Source: Klebsiella pneumoniae (lineage in GTDB: Bacteria; Pseudomonadota; Gammaproteobacteria; Burkholderiales; UBA3065). From it: a DNA stretch of 64,000 nt. Positions 6,479 through 14,655 of the stretch are shown in pieces. The translations under genes were made by a program, and so were the position numbers. Within the stretch, counting starts at the first letter, position 1. Each line of letters begins with the position of its first letter. The notes under the pieces are model-generated. The model was not told the origin of the DNA and did not search any database. It saw nothing but the letters and a program-made list of their open reading frames with translations. Where the stretch lies: positions 19,526 through 83,525 of the forward strand of contig CAMDGF010000006.1 of NCBI GenBank assembly GCA_945897555.1. Direction: 5' to 3'.

Positions 6479-8440
6479 ATGGAAACTCCGCAGGATCTGA
6501 TCAAACCGGTACCACCCTCTAAAGGTGGCCAGACCACGCGCAGCCCCGGCGATGTCGGCCGCGGCACCGACAGCGGTGGCGACTTTGCCGAGGCCATGCG
6601 TTCCGCCCGCGACTCGGCACGTGCCGATGTGCGCGAGGCGCCAGCGCCGGCGCGCAATGCCCGCGACAACACGGCAAACCCTGCGGAAGAAGCAAACGAG
6701 TTCCGCAAGGCCGACGAAGCCCCCAGAACCGACGCACCCACGAGCGTTGCTCGCCCAGAGGGGGGTGGCGAGGCGACCGAAGCGACCGCACTGACCTCAA
6801 CCCCTGCCGACGCTGGCCCGCAGCCGACTGCTGCAGCCGGGACCGCCGCACCACCCACCCTGCTCGCGCAGCTCCAGCCGGCCGGCCTGCCAGCAGATGC
6901 CTCGGTTACGCCGATCCCGAGCGACGCCGCACCGGCCCTGCCTGTTGCCGGCCTGCCGGCAGATGCCTCAGTTGCACGGATCCCGAGCGTCGCCGCGCCG
7001 CCCTTGCCTGTTGCCGGCCTGCCGGCAGATACCTCAGTTGCACGGATTCCGAGCGACGCCGCGCCGGCCGAGCCTGTTGCCGGCCTGCCAGCAGATGCCT
7101 CGGGTACGCCGATCCCGAGCGACGCCGCACCGGCCCTGCCTGTTGCCGGCCTGCCGGCGACTGCGGCTTTCGTAGCCGAGGCTGCGGTGCCGGCGCCGGC
7201 CACCGCTGCCCCCCAGAGCCCCGCTGGGACCGCGTCCGCACCGGCATTCGTGGCCACGCCCGAGGCCCGGCTCGTCGCTTCAGTGGACGAGGCCATACCG
7301 AACCAGAACCAGCTGCCTGCGGTGCAGCCAGCGGCACGCAATGAGGCAGATACCGCTGCGCTAGGGCCGGCCTTGCCCATTTCCGGCCTGCGGGCGACCG
7401 GGGCCCTCTTACCCGAGGCTACAGTGCCGGCGCCGGTCACTGCTGCCCCTCGGAGCCTGCCCAACCCATCACCCAACGGCATGGCCCCGGTGCCAGTCGC
7501 GCTGGCAGTCGATCGCGCCATCGGCAATGCCCTCGTCGATCGCCCAGCGACCGGCAACTACAAGCCGGCGGATCTTGCAGCGCAGCCGCCCCTCGATCCG
7601 GCAAGAATTGCCAGCACGGGCTTCGTCGCAGACGCGCTGCAACCGGTCGCTACAGACGAACCGTTGCCCGCACTGTCGCCACTCGGCGAACCGGCCACCA
7701 CCCCCGAAGGCGGTGAGACGTCTGCGTGGCTGACGCTGCGTCCCGATTCGCTGGCGATGGCACTGGCTGACCGCACCCTGTCGCGGGACCTCGCCGCGCA
7801 GGTGCCACTGGAGATCGATCAGATGTTGCGGTCGCTCGACAACCGCTTGTCTGGCATGACCAGCGCCGCGGCCAACCTCACCAGCGTCGGCGACATGGTC
7901 GAAACACTCGGTGCGGCTGCAACCACCGGCGGCGTGCAAAGCAACCCCGCAGTTCCGCTTCAAGCTGCCGGACAGCCGGCAGACCTGCCAGAGCCCGTCG
8001 CCCTGAGTCTCAATGCACCGATGCAGCAGATGGGCCGCTGGGCCAACGAGCTGGGCGACCGTCTGGCGTGGGTTGCCAACAACCGCTTCGGCGCCGCGAC
8101 CCTGCAGGTCAACCCGCCGCAATTGGGCCCGATCGAAGTCCGCATCCTGATGAGCGGCGACCAGGCCACGGTGAGCTTCGCCGCGGTACAACCACAGACT
8201 CGTGAAGCGATCCAGCAGGCGCTGCCGGTGCTTGCCACCAGCTTCGCCTCGCAGGGCCTCAGTCTCGGCCAAGCCTCCGTGGGCCGCGACCATCTGCCAC
8301 AGCAGGGTGGCCAGGGTGGATCAACCGGCAGTTCCGGTGGACAGTCAGGACTGACAGCCACCGCCGTCGGCAGCGTCGAAAGCTCGGCCGGCAGCAACCC
8401 CACAAGGGGTGGCAACGGCCTCGTCGATACCTTTGCCTGA
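6479..8440 (+). CDS. fliK: Flagellar hook-length control protein FliK
   Basis: C-terminal FliK domain (NNRFGAATLQVNPPQLGPIEVRILMSGDQATVSFAAVQPQTREAIQQALPVLATSFASQGLSLGQASV). Pro/Ala-rich ruler region. Start moved to the ATG at 6479 (METPQDL) because the track start at 6335 overlaps the divergent gene. Confidence 0.8.
   Translation: METPQDLIKPVPPSKGGQTTRSPGDVGRGTDSGGDFAEAMRSARDSARADVREAPAPARNARDNTANPAEEANEFRKADEAPRTDAPTSVARPEGGGEATEATALTSTPADAGPQPTAAAGTAAPPTLLAQLQPAGLPADASVTPIPSDAAPALPVAGLPADASVARIPSVAAPPLPVAGLPADTSVARIPSDAAPAEPVAGLPADASGTPIPSDAAPALPVAGLPATAAFVAEAAVPAPATAAPQSPAGTASAPAFVATPEARLVASVDEAIPNQNQLPAVQPAARNEADTAALGPALPISGLRATGALLPEATVPAPVTAAPRSLPNPSPNGMAPVPVALAVDRAIGNALVDRPATGNYKPADLAAQPPLDPARIASTGFVADALQPVATDEPLPALSPLGEPATTPEGGETSAWLTLRPDSLAMALADRTLSRDLAAQVPLEIDQMLRSLDNRLSGMTSAAANLTSVGDMVETLGAAATTGGVQSNPAVPLQAAGQPADLPEPVALSLNAPMQQMGRWANELGDRLAWVANNRFGAATLQVNPPQLGPIEVRILMSGDQATVSFAAVQPQTREAIQQALPVLATSFASQGLSLGQASVGRDHLPQQGGQGGSTGSSGGQSGLTATAVGSVESSAGSNPTRGGNGLVDTFA
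6881..7170 (+). repeat. In-frame 66-nt tandem repeat inside fliK: 4 full copies plus a partial fifth
   Basis: Copies start at 6881, 6947, 7013, 7079 and 7145 and encode AGLPADASVTPIPSDAAPALPV variants. Copies 1 and 4 are nearly identical. A more diverged copy of the flanking segment recurs near 7375-7450. Confidence 0.9.
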
Positions 8441-8494
8441 CAGCAGCCTGGCGGGGCGACACGCCCCCCGCACCCATGACGGCTGAAGGTCTCG

Positions 8495-9298
8495 TCAGCC
8501 CAGTGCGCGCGCTGCCAGTTCGTAAGCGATGCGAACCGCCAGCACGAGGAGCAGGCATGCGAACACCCGCTTGAGCGGCTTCTGCGCCACGCGGTGAGCC
8601 ACTGCGGCACCGAGCGGCGCAAGCAGCACCGATACAGCGCCGATCGCTCCGACCGCCGGCCAGGCGACAAAGCCGGTCGACCCCGGCGGCAGACCCACCC
8701 GGTCCAATCCCGTCAAAACGAAGCCCACGCTGCCTGCAACAGCGATGGGCAGACCGATGGCAGCCGACGAAGCCACCGCATGGTGGATGGAACGGCGGCA
8801 CCACAACAAGAACGGGGTCGACAGCGTGCCGCCGCCGATGCCGACCAAGCTACTGAAAACGCCGATGACCAGCCCAGCCCCGGCGAATCCCCATGGGCCT
8901 GGCGAGCCGCTACCTTTCGGGCGCAATTCGAGCAACATCTGCCACGCAGCGGCGAGCAGGAACAGCAGGTAGATCACGCGCAAGGTCTGGCCGGAGAGCT
9001 GTCCGGCCAGAGCCGCACCGCCCAGCGCTCCCACACAGACACCCGGGGCGATGGCGCGCACCACGCCCCATTCGACGCAGCCAGCGCGATGATGCGCACG
9101 GATGGAGGACAGAGCGGTGAAAACGATGACCGCAAGAGAGCTGCCGATGGCGGTTTGTACCAGCACATCTGGGCCATAGCCCGCATGCGGCAGCGCGTAG
9201 ACCAGCGCGGGGACGATGATCAGCCCGCCACCGATGCCCAAAAGCCCGGCGAGAAAGCCGGAGACGGCACCGGTCAGGAGGTAGAGGATGAGGTCCAT
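8495..9298 (-). CDS. TauE/SafE (TSUP) family anion exporter
   Basis: 267 aa, multi-TM, with MDLILYLLTGAVSGFLAGLLGIGGGLIIVP and a second GIGGG repeat. Confidence 0.8.
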   Translation of the reverse strand: MDLILYLLTGAVSGFLAGLLGIGGGLIIVPALVYALPHAGYGPDVLVQTAIGSSLAVIVFTALSSIRAHHRAGCVEWGVVRAIAPGVCVGALGGAALAGQLSGQTLRVIYLLFLLAAAWQMLLELRPKGSGSPGPWGFAGAGLVIGVFSSLVGIGGGTLSTPFLLWCRRSIHHAVASSAAIGLPIAVAGSVGFVLTGLDRVGLPPGSTGFVAWPAVGAIGAVSVLLAPLGAAVAHRVAQKPLKRVFACLLLVLAVRIAYELAARALG

Positions 9299-9305
9299 TC
9301 AGCGT

Positions 9306-9462
9306 AAGAATCCCCGGCATACTGCAGCGCAGCTGCGCATCTTGAACCCAAGGGTTCAAGTCGGCCCTCCGGGCGGACACTTCGGGGGATTCCACGTGGG
9401 ACCCGCACGCCCATGTCCATAGCCTGGCGGCCTAAGCAGAGCTTATCGGTTCAAAGAATCTG
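9306..9462 (-). ncRNA. ssrS: Probable 6S RNA
   Basis: Immediately downstream of zapA, as in E. coli. Contains CUUGAACCCUUGGGUUCAAG, which matches the E. coli 6S element CCUUGAACCAAGGGUUCAAGG. The 5' GAUUCUUUG can pair with the 3' CGGGGAUUC as a closing stem. The ends are approximate. Confidence 0.55.
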
Positions 9463-9780
9463 CAACTGAACCGCAGCAGCCGGGGAAGACGGTTGCGCCG
9501 CAAGCGCCTGGTCGATGAGGTCGGCCATGGCTTGAAGCCGCCTGCCGATCGCAGCGGGCGTGTTGACGGAGGCGGCACCGGCGCCAGTGACCTGGCCGTG
9601 CGCGAGATCGAGCGCGACCATCATGGCGATGCGCTCGACACCCACCACCTTGCCGGCATCGCGGAGGTCACGCATGCGCGCGTCGACGTAGGCTACGGCT
9701 TCGCGCAGGGTCGACTCCTCGTCAGCCTCACAGGCGAGCCGGAAATCGCGGCCCATGATCGACACGTCGAGGTGCGGCAC
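9451..9780 (-). CDS. zapA: Cell division protein ZapA
   Basis: (M)PHLDVSIMGRDFRLACEADEESTLREAVAYVDARMRDL is typical of ZapA. Start placed at the GTG at 9780; the longer track ORF overlaps the upstream gene. Confidence 0.8.
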   Translation of the reverse strand: MPHLDVSIMGRDFRLACEADEESTLREAVAYVDARMRDLRDAGKVVGVERIAMMVALDLAHGQVTGAGAASVNTPAAIGRRLQAMADLIDQALAAQPSSPAAAVQLQIL

Positions 9781-9784
9781 CTGA

Positions 9785-9961
9785 TCAGCTCTCCTCGGTG
9801 GACTCGAGCAGCGCATCGAGGCGACGGCAGGCTTGGTCGACGCGGCTGCGTAGCGAATCGTTCTCAGCACCCAGCTCCCGATTACGCTCTCGCTGGCGCT
9901 GCAACTCGGCTACCAGCGCAGTGACGCGCTGCTCGAGCCGGGCGACCGCGTCGGTGTCCAT
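9785..9961 (-). CDS. Small coiled-coil protein (ZapB-like/TIGR02449-like) upstream of zapA
   Basis: 58 aa: MDTDAVARLEQRVTALVAELQRQRERNRELGAENDSLRSRVDQACRRLDALLESTEES. This is the 3' part of track ORF 9785..10381. It occupies the conserved position ahead of zapA. Confidence 0.6.
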   Translation of the reverse strand: MDTDAVARLEQRVTALVAELQRQRERNRELGAENDSLRSRVDQACRRLDALLESTEES

Positions 9962-9969
9962 GGGCTGGA

Positions 9970-10518
9970 TCAGCCCGCCGAGTACCGCAGCGGCACCCCA
10001 GCGCGAGCCACCAGCGCGGCGATCGCCACGTAAAGCAGCCCGGAGCCGATGTACGCCGGGTAATACCGCGCGACCGACAGCCAGAACTCGCCGAACGCCA
10101 TGTCGAAGCGGTGCGAGAAGGCCCACCAGGTGAGGTTCGACACCACGAAGGCAAGGCTGAACAGTAACGCGCCAACGGGCAGGATGCGGCGCGCCTCGAA
10201 CGGCGCGTCGCTGCGCGCAAGCCACGCCCCACCCAGCCAGAGCATGGCGTAGGTGGGCAGCAGGCCCCAGTAAGCTGGCGTCATGCAGTAGGCACGCCAC
10301 GCCTCGACCTCGATCGCTGCAAGGTCGACCACGAACGCCAAGGCGAACAAGGCGGCAAAGGGCAGCGCGCCACCGACCCATAGGCCGCCGACGAGAAACA
10401 CCGCGAGGCTGGCGTCGGGGATGGCACCGAAGTGGTCGAAGCGGGTGGCCGCCATAAGCACCGCCAAGCCAAGCCCGGAGGTGATGCGCGCGTCACGACA
10501 TATTGCGATGTCTTTCAT
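9970..10518 (-). CDS. btuM: Small 6-TM-like membrane protein; candidate BtuM-type cobalamin transporter
   Basis: 182 aa, 21 nt downstream of btuB in a riboswitch-controlled unit. Cys78 (WRAYCMTPAYW), His29, Asp65, Tyr83 and Arg151 sit close to positions I recall as functionally important in Thiobacillus BtuM (C80, H28, D67, Y85, R153). Confidence 0.5.
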   Translation of the reverse strand: MKDIAICRDARITSGLGLAVLMAATRFDHFGAIPDASLAVFLVGGLWVGGALPFAALFALAFVVDLAAIEVEAWRAYCMTPAYWGLLPTYAMLWLGGAWLARSDAPFEARRILPVGALLFSLAFVVSNLTWWAFSHRFDMAFGEFWLSVARYYPAYIGSGLLYVAIAALVARAGVPLRYSAG

Positions 10519-10539
10519 ACTGCTGATGATAGCACCGCG

Positions 10540-12540
10540 CTAGAACTCGGCGCGGAGGCCGAAGCGCCAGAGCCGGGTGTAATCCGACGGGAACGCCGAC
10601 CGTCCCTCGGCCGTGTAGAGGCCATTGCGCGCCTCGAAGAGGTTATCCACGGCGGCAAAAGCCTGCCAGCGCGCATCGATCTGGCGACTGAGCAGCAGGT
10701 TGGTGAATTGATATGGGCGTTGGCGCAAGCCGTTGTTGTCGAAGTCACCGATGGCAAAAGCCGACGAGCGGTAAAGGTGGCTGAGGTTGAGTCGCGTCAA
10801 CGGGTCGATGCGCCAATCGATGGCCAGTGTGATGCCATGACGCGGCACGCCAGGCAGCTCCCGGTCGCGGATGGCCGGCTGCCCGGTCGCTGCGTCGGCG
10901 GATTCGCGCTCGATGATGGCGCGCGTCCACGTGTAGCCGAGGCGGCCTTGCAGGGATTCGCCCAGGTTCTGCACCCACTGCACCTCGACGCCGTACTTCT
11001 CGGTGCGGTCGAGGTTGGTGTTGACGAAGAACAGTGGCGGCGCCACTCCAACGCCGTAGATCTCGTCACGCAAACGGGCATGGAATACGGTGGTGTCGAG
11101 TCGGGTGCCATCGTAGACGTAGCGCAGGCCCGCACTCACGGTGTCCGAACGCGCCGGGCTGATGAGCCCGTTGAAGGTCTGTTCGAAAGTGACCGGGTTG
11201 AAGGTGAAGAAGCGGTCGATGTCGGGCGACTGGGCGCCGCGCGCATAGCTCGCGAACACATTGAAGCGCGCATCCAGCCGATGGTTGATGCCCGCATCCC
11301 ACAGCGTCAGGCGCTCGTCGTCGGCCAGTCGGGTCGTGGCGTCGGCGTAGTTGTAGCCCACCCGCTCGCGCCGCAGGCCGGCCGAGAGGGTGGTACTGCC
11401 AAGCCGTAACACGCCCTGCCCGAACACACCGCGGGTGTCCTTCTCGATCGATGCGAACCCCTCGCGACGACCGCGCAGGCTGTCGTAGCCGGCCATCAGA
11501 TTGAGCCGCCCGCCCGACCAACGCAGCAGTGCCCGGTCGGAGTCATAGCGGTAGTCCGAGACGAACGTGAACGGGCTGCTAAAGGCATAGGTCTTGTCCT
11601 CGCCGTTGTGGTCGTACTCCACCGACCAGCCACCGCCGAGCGCTGCCATAAAGCCAGCGGTCACACGTGTGCTGTTCGCGTCCTGGCGGTTGTAGATGCC
11701 GATGGCCCCCGCATTTGCCGTAGGCCGCGACTCGATCAGGGCGCGCGGGATGGCCTCACGGTAGATGGCAAGGCTGTCATAGCCGCTCACCCCGGCGCGC
11801 AACTCGAGCCAGTCGGTGGGCCGGAAGCGCCCGCGGGCATTGAGCGAATCGAGCCGGTTCTCGTCGCGCTGACCACGGCTGTCACGTTGAGCAAGACCAT
11901 CCCGCTCGTCGTGGCTGGCATCGAGACTGACACTGTAGCGCTCGCGGCTCTGCCCGATCGAGACGCTGCCGGCACGCTGCCCATGGCTGCCGACGTGTCC
12001 GCGCACAGAGGCGCCGTTGTACTCGCGGGTGACGATGTTGATGGTGCCTGCCATGGCGCCCTCGCCACCGGTCACCCCGCCCGCACCACGAACGATCTCG
12101 ACCCGCTCGATCGACACCAGCGGCACGTTGCCCAGAAACTGGGTCGCCGAGTCGATGTCATTGAGCCGGTAGCCGTCGATGCTGATGACGACGTTCTGGT
12201 AGCCCGACTCGAGGCCAAAACCACGCATGTCGATGAGGCGCTGATTGGGGTTGCCAAAACCAGGGAGCACGGTAAGTGAGGTCTGACCGGCGAGGAAATC
12301 GAGAAAGCTCGCCGCACCCGAACGATCAAGATCGGCGCGGGTGTAGACCTCCACCGCGAAGGGCGCTTCTTCGACATGAAATGGCTGACGAGTGGCGGTG
12401 ACCAGCACCGTGCTGTCGGTCACTGCATCGGCAGCCGTGGCGACCGGAGCAAAGATGAAGATGGGGATGAGGGCCGCGGCCAGACTGGCCACAAGCCGAC
12501 CGGGCGCAAGGCTGCGCCGGCCAGGGATGCTACTGGACAT
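10540..12540 (-). CDS. btuB: TonB-dependent outer-membrane receptor, vitamin B12 type
   Basis: 666 aa. Signal peptide, TonB box DSTVLVTATR, plug and barrel motifs, and terminal ..WRFGLRAEF. Preceded by a cobalamin riboswitch. Confidence 0.85.
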   Translation of the reverse strand: MSSSIPGRRSLAPGRLVASLAAALIPIFIFAPVATAADAVTDSTVLVTATRQPFHVEEAPFAVEVYTRADLDRSGAASFLDFLAGQTSLTVLPGFGNPNQRLIDMRGFGLESGYQNVVISIDGYRLNDIDSATQFLGNVPLVSIERVEIVRGAGGVTGGEGAMAGTINIVTREYNGASVRGHVGSHGQRAGSVSIGQSRERYSVSLDASHDERDGLAQRDSRGQRDENRLDSLNARGRFRPTDWLELRAGVSGYDSLAIYREAIPRALIESRPTANAGAIGIYNRQDANSTRVTAGFMAALGGGWSVEYDHNGEDKTYAFSSPFTFVSDYRYDSDRALLRWSGGRLNLMAGYDSLRGRREGFASIEKDTRGVFGQGVLRLGSTTLSAGLRRERVGYNYADATTRLADDERLTLWDAGINHRLDARFNVFASYARGAQSPDIDRFFTFNPVTFEQTFNGLISPARSDTVSAGLRYVYDGTRLDTTVFHARLRDEIYGVGVAPPLFFVNTNLDRTEKYGVEVQWVQNLGESLQGRLGYTWTRAIIERESADAATGQPAIRDRELPGVPRHGITLAIDWRIDPLTRLNLSHLYRSSAFAIGDFDNNGLRQRPYQFTNLLLSRQIDARWQAFAAVDNLFEARNGLYTAEGRSAFPSDYTRLWRFGLRAEF

Positions 12541-12629
12541 GGAGATGCACCTTCATTCAGCCGGCGCAAGAACCCCGTACGCCAAAGTCGGAACGGCGGC
12601 CCTGCGGCTCGCCTTGCCAGCGCCGCGCA

Positions 12630-12815
12630 GACGCGCGTGCCGGGTCTCAGGCCGGTCTCCGGGCTCGTGACGTGGGCTTGCGCCTGGAGGTCGCCGCCTT
12701 CCCGGTTGCCCAGTGGCGTGTGGCGACCCCGCTCGTCACCTACCGTTGCGGGGGCAGCGCAGGCTTTGCACCTGCTTCCCTGTTTCACCCGCCGCGTGTG
12801 GGCGCGGGCACCTGG
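12630..12815 (-). promoter_or_regulatory. Cobalamin (B12) riboswitch in the btuB leader
   Basis: The minus strand reads GGTGAAACAGGGAAGCAGGTGCAAAGCCTGCGCTGCCCCCGCAACGGTAGG..GCCACTGGGCAACCGGGAAGGCGG..GAGCCCGGAGACCGGCC. This matches the conserved core and the B12 box. Confidence 0.8.
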
Positions 12816-12856
12816 AACGTGTCAAGGCTACCACGCCGGCCTAGAATCAGGTTCTG

Positions 12857-13999
12857 ATGCGCGATCCCTCCACACCTCATTCCGCTGCCCCCACACCGTC
12901 GCCGACCGACGCCCGGGGGAACGCGAGCGACCTCGTCGATCACTTCGGCCGTCGCATCCGCTACCTGCGGCTCTCGGTGACCGACCGCTGCGACTTCCGC
13001 TGCACCTACTGCATGGCCGAGGACATGACCTTCCTGCCACGCAGCGAGGTGATGTCGCTCGAGGAGTGCCTGCGTGTGGTGCGCGCCTTCGTCGCGCTGG
13101 GTGTGGACAAGGTGCGGCTCACCGGCGGCGAGCCGCTGGTGCGACGCGACATCCTCTGGCTGATGGAACGCATCAGCGCCCTCCCCGGCGTGCGCGAGCT
13201 GGTGCTCACCACCAACGGCAGCCAGCTGGCCAACCTGGCGCAAGCGGTGCGTGCCGCCGGCGTCAAGCGCATCAACATCAGCATCGACTCGCTGCGCGCC
13301 GATCGCTTCCGCGAGATCACCCGCGTTGGCGACCTGCACAAGGTGCTTGCCGGCATCGACGCGGCAGTGGCCGCGGGCTTTGCCGGCATCAAGCTCAACA
13401 CCGTGATGCTGCGCGGCTTCAACGACGACGAGTTCGAGGACCTGGTCGACTTTGCCATCGATCGCAGCATCGACATCAGTTTCATCGAGGAGATGCCGCT
13501 GGGCGACACCGGCCACCTGCGCGCTGACACCTGCATGACTCAAGATGAGGTGCTGCCGCGCCTGCAAGCGCGCTACGGCCTCGTTGCCACGGTTGAAGAC
13601 AGCGGCGGCCCGGCGCGCTACTGGCGCATGCCCGGCAGCCCGACGCGGGTCGGCTTCATCAGCCCGCATTCGCACAACTTCTGCGACAGCTGCAACCGCG
13701 TGCGCGTCACCGCCACGGGCGACCTCTACCCTTGTCTGGGGCAAGACGACATGCTGCCGCTGCTGCCGGTGCTGCGCGGGGCCGGGGCGGCGGAAGGGCA
13801 TGGCACAGTCAATGGCGTCGCGGGTCCGTCGCTCGCCACCGTATCGAAGGCGAACGACACCACCGACACCGCCCTCCTTGACGCTGCGCTCCTGCAGGCC
13901 ATCCGTCAGAGCATGGGCATCAAGCCCAAGGGCCACGACTTCGACGTGCGCAAGTCGACGCCGGCGGTGGTGCGCTTCATGTCGCTGACCGGCGGCTGA
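12857..13999 (+). CDS. moaA: GTP 3',8-cyclase MoaA (radical SAM)
   Basis: YLRLSVTDRCDFRCTYCM cluster motif, GGEPLVR, and C-terminal CxxCNRVRVTATG..SLTGG. Confidence 0.9.
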   Translation: MRDPSTPHSAAPTPSPTDARGNASDLVDHFGRRIRYLRLSVTDRCDFRCTYCMAEDMTFLPRSEVMSLEECLRVVRAFVALGVDKVRLTGGEPLVRRDILWLMERISALPGVRELVLTTNGSQLANLAQAVRAAGVKRINISIDSLRADRFREITRVGDLHKVLAGIDAAVAAGFAGIKLNTVMLRGFNDDEFEDLVDFAIDRSIDISFIEEMPLGDTGHLRADTCMTQDEVLPRLQARYGLVATVEDSGGPARYWRMPGSPTRVGFISPHSHNFCDSCNRVRVTATGDLYPCLGQDDMLPLLPVLRGAGAAEGHGTVNGVAGPSLATVSKANDTTDTALLDAALLQAIRQSMGIKPKGHDFDVRKSTPAVVRFMSLTGG

Positions 14000-14625
14000 T
14001 GAGCACGGCAGCCGGCCAGATCACCGGGCTGGTGCTCGCCGGCGGAGAGGGCCGACGCTTGGGCAAGCTCGACAAAGGCCTGCTCGAACTCGGCGGCAGG
14101 CCTCTTGCCGTCATCGCTGCAGAGCGTCTGCGGCCCCAAGTGGCGAGACTTCTGCTCAGTGCCAACCGCAACCTAGAGGCCTATCGGGCGCTGGGCCTCG
14201 AGGTGATCACCGACACCGTGAACGATGGCGACCGCACCGCTGGCCCGCTTGCGGGCGTCTTGGCAGGGCTGGAGGATTGCACCACCGAGTGGTTGGCCTG
14301 CGTGCCTTGCGACTCGCCGACAGCACCCCTGGATATGGTGTCCCGTTTGCTGGCCAGCGCAAGTGCCGCGCATGCGCCGGCGGCCTACGCCAGCACAGAT
14401 CAAGGTGCGCACCCGGTGTTCATGGTGGTGCACCGTGGCTGTCTTGCCGATTTGCGTGATTTTGTTCAACAGGGGGGCCGCCGGATCCGCGCGTGGCAGG
14501 ACTCACTCGGCGCGATCGCAGTCCACTTCCCCGACGAAGCTGCATTTGCCAACATCAACACCGAGGCCGAACTCCAACGTCACCGCCAAGACTCATGCGC
14601 AAGGCAAGCAGGCTCAAGCCTGTAG
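13999..14625 (+). CDS. mobA: Molybdenum cofactor guanylyltransferase MobA
   Basis: ITGLVLAGGEGRRLGKLDKGLLELGGRPL. Its start overlaps the moaA stop (TGATG). Confidence 0.85.
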   Translation: MSTAAGQITGLVLAGGEGRRLGKLDKGLLELGGRPLAVIAAERLRPQVARLLLSANRNLEAYRALGLEVITDTVNDGDRTAGPLAGVLAGLEDCTTEWLACVPCDSPTAPLDMVSRLLASASAAHAPAAYASTDQGAHPVFMVVHRGCLADLRDFVQQGGRRIRAWQDSLGAIAVHFPDEAAFANINTEAELQRHRQDSCARQAGSSL

Positions 14626-14655
14626 CCCCATCCTCAGCCCCTCTGCCCCCGAACC

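Noticed and set aside
6190-7557. A 455-aa Ala/Gly/Ser-rich ORF on the minus strand, opposite fliK.
   Set aside because: It is a typical high-GC shadow frame, antisense to a gene with a clear FliK C-terminal domain. It has no recognisable motifs, and its repeats only mirror the fliK repeats.
9962-10381. The long 198-aa minus-strand ORF upstream of zapA.
   Set aside because: Only its last 58 codons form the conserved coiled-coil protein. The rest overlaps the BtuM-like membrane gene out of frame.
13776-13900. An approximately 25-40 aa Gly/Ala/Thr-rich insertion near the C-terminus of MoaA, relative to E. coli MoaA.
   Set aside because: It lies in a variable surface region between conserved motifs, and the radical-SAM and C-terminal cluster motifs are intact. 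It is probably lineage-specific decoration.
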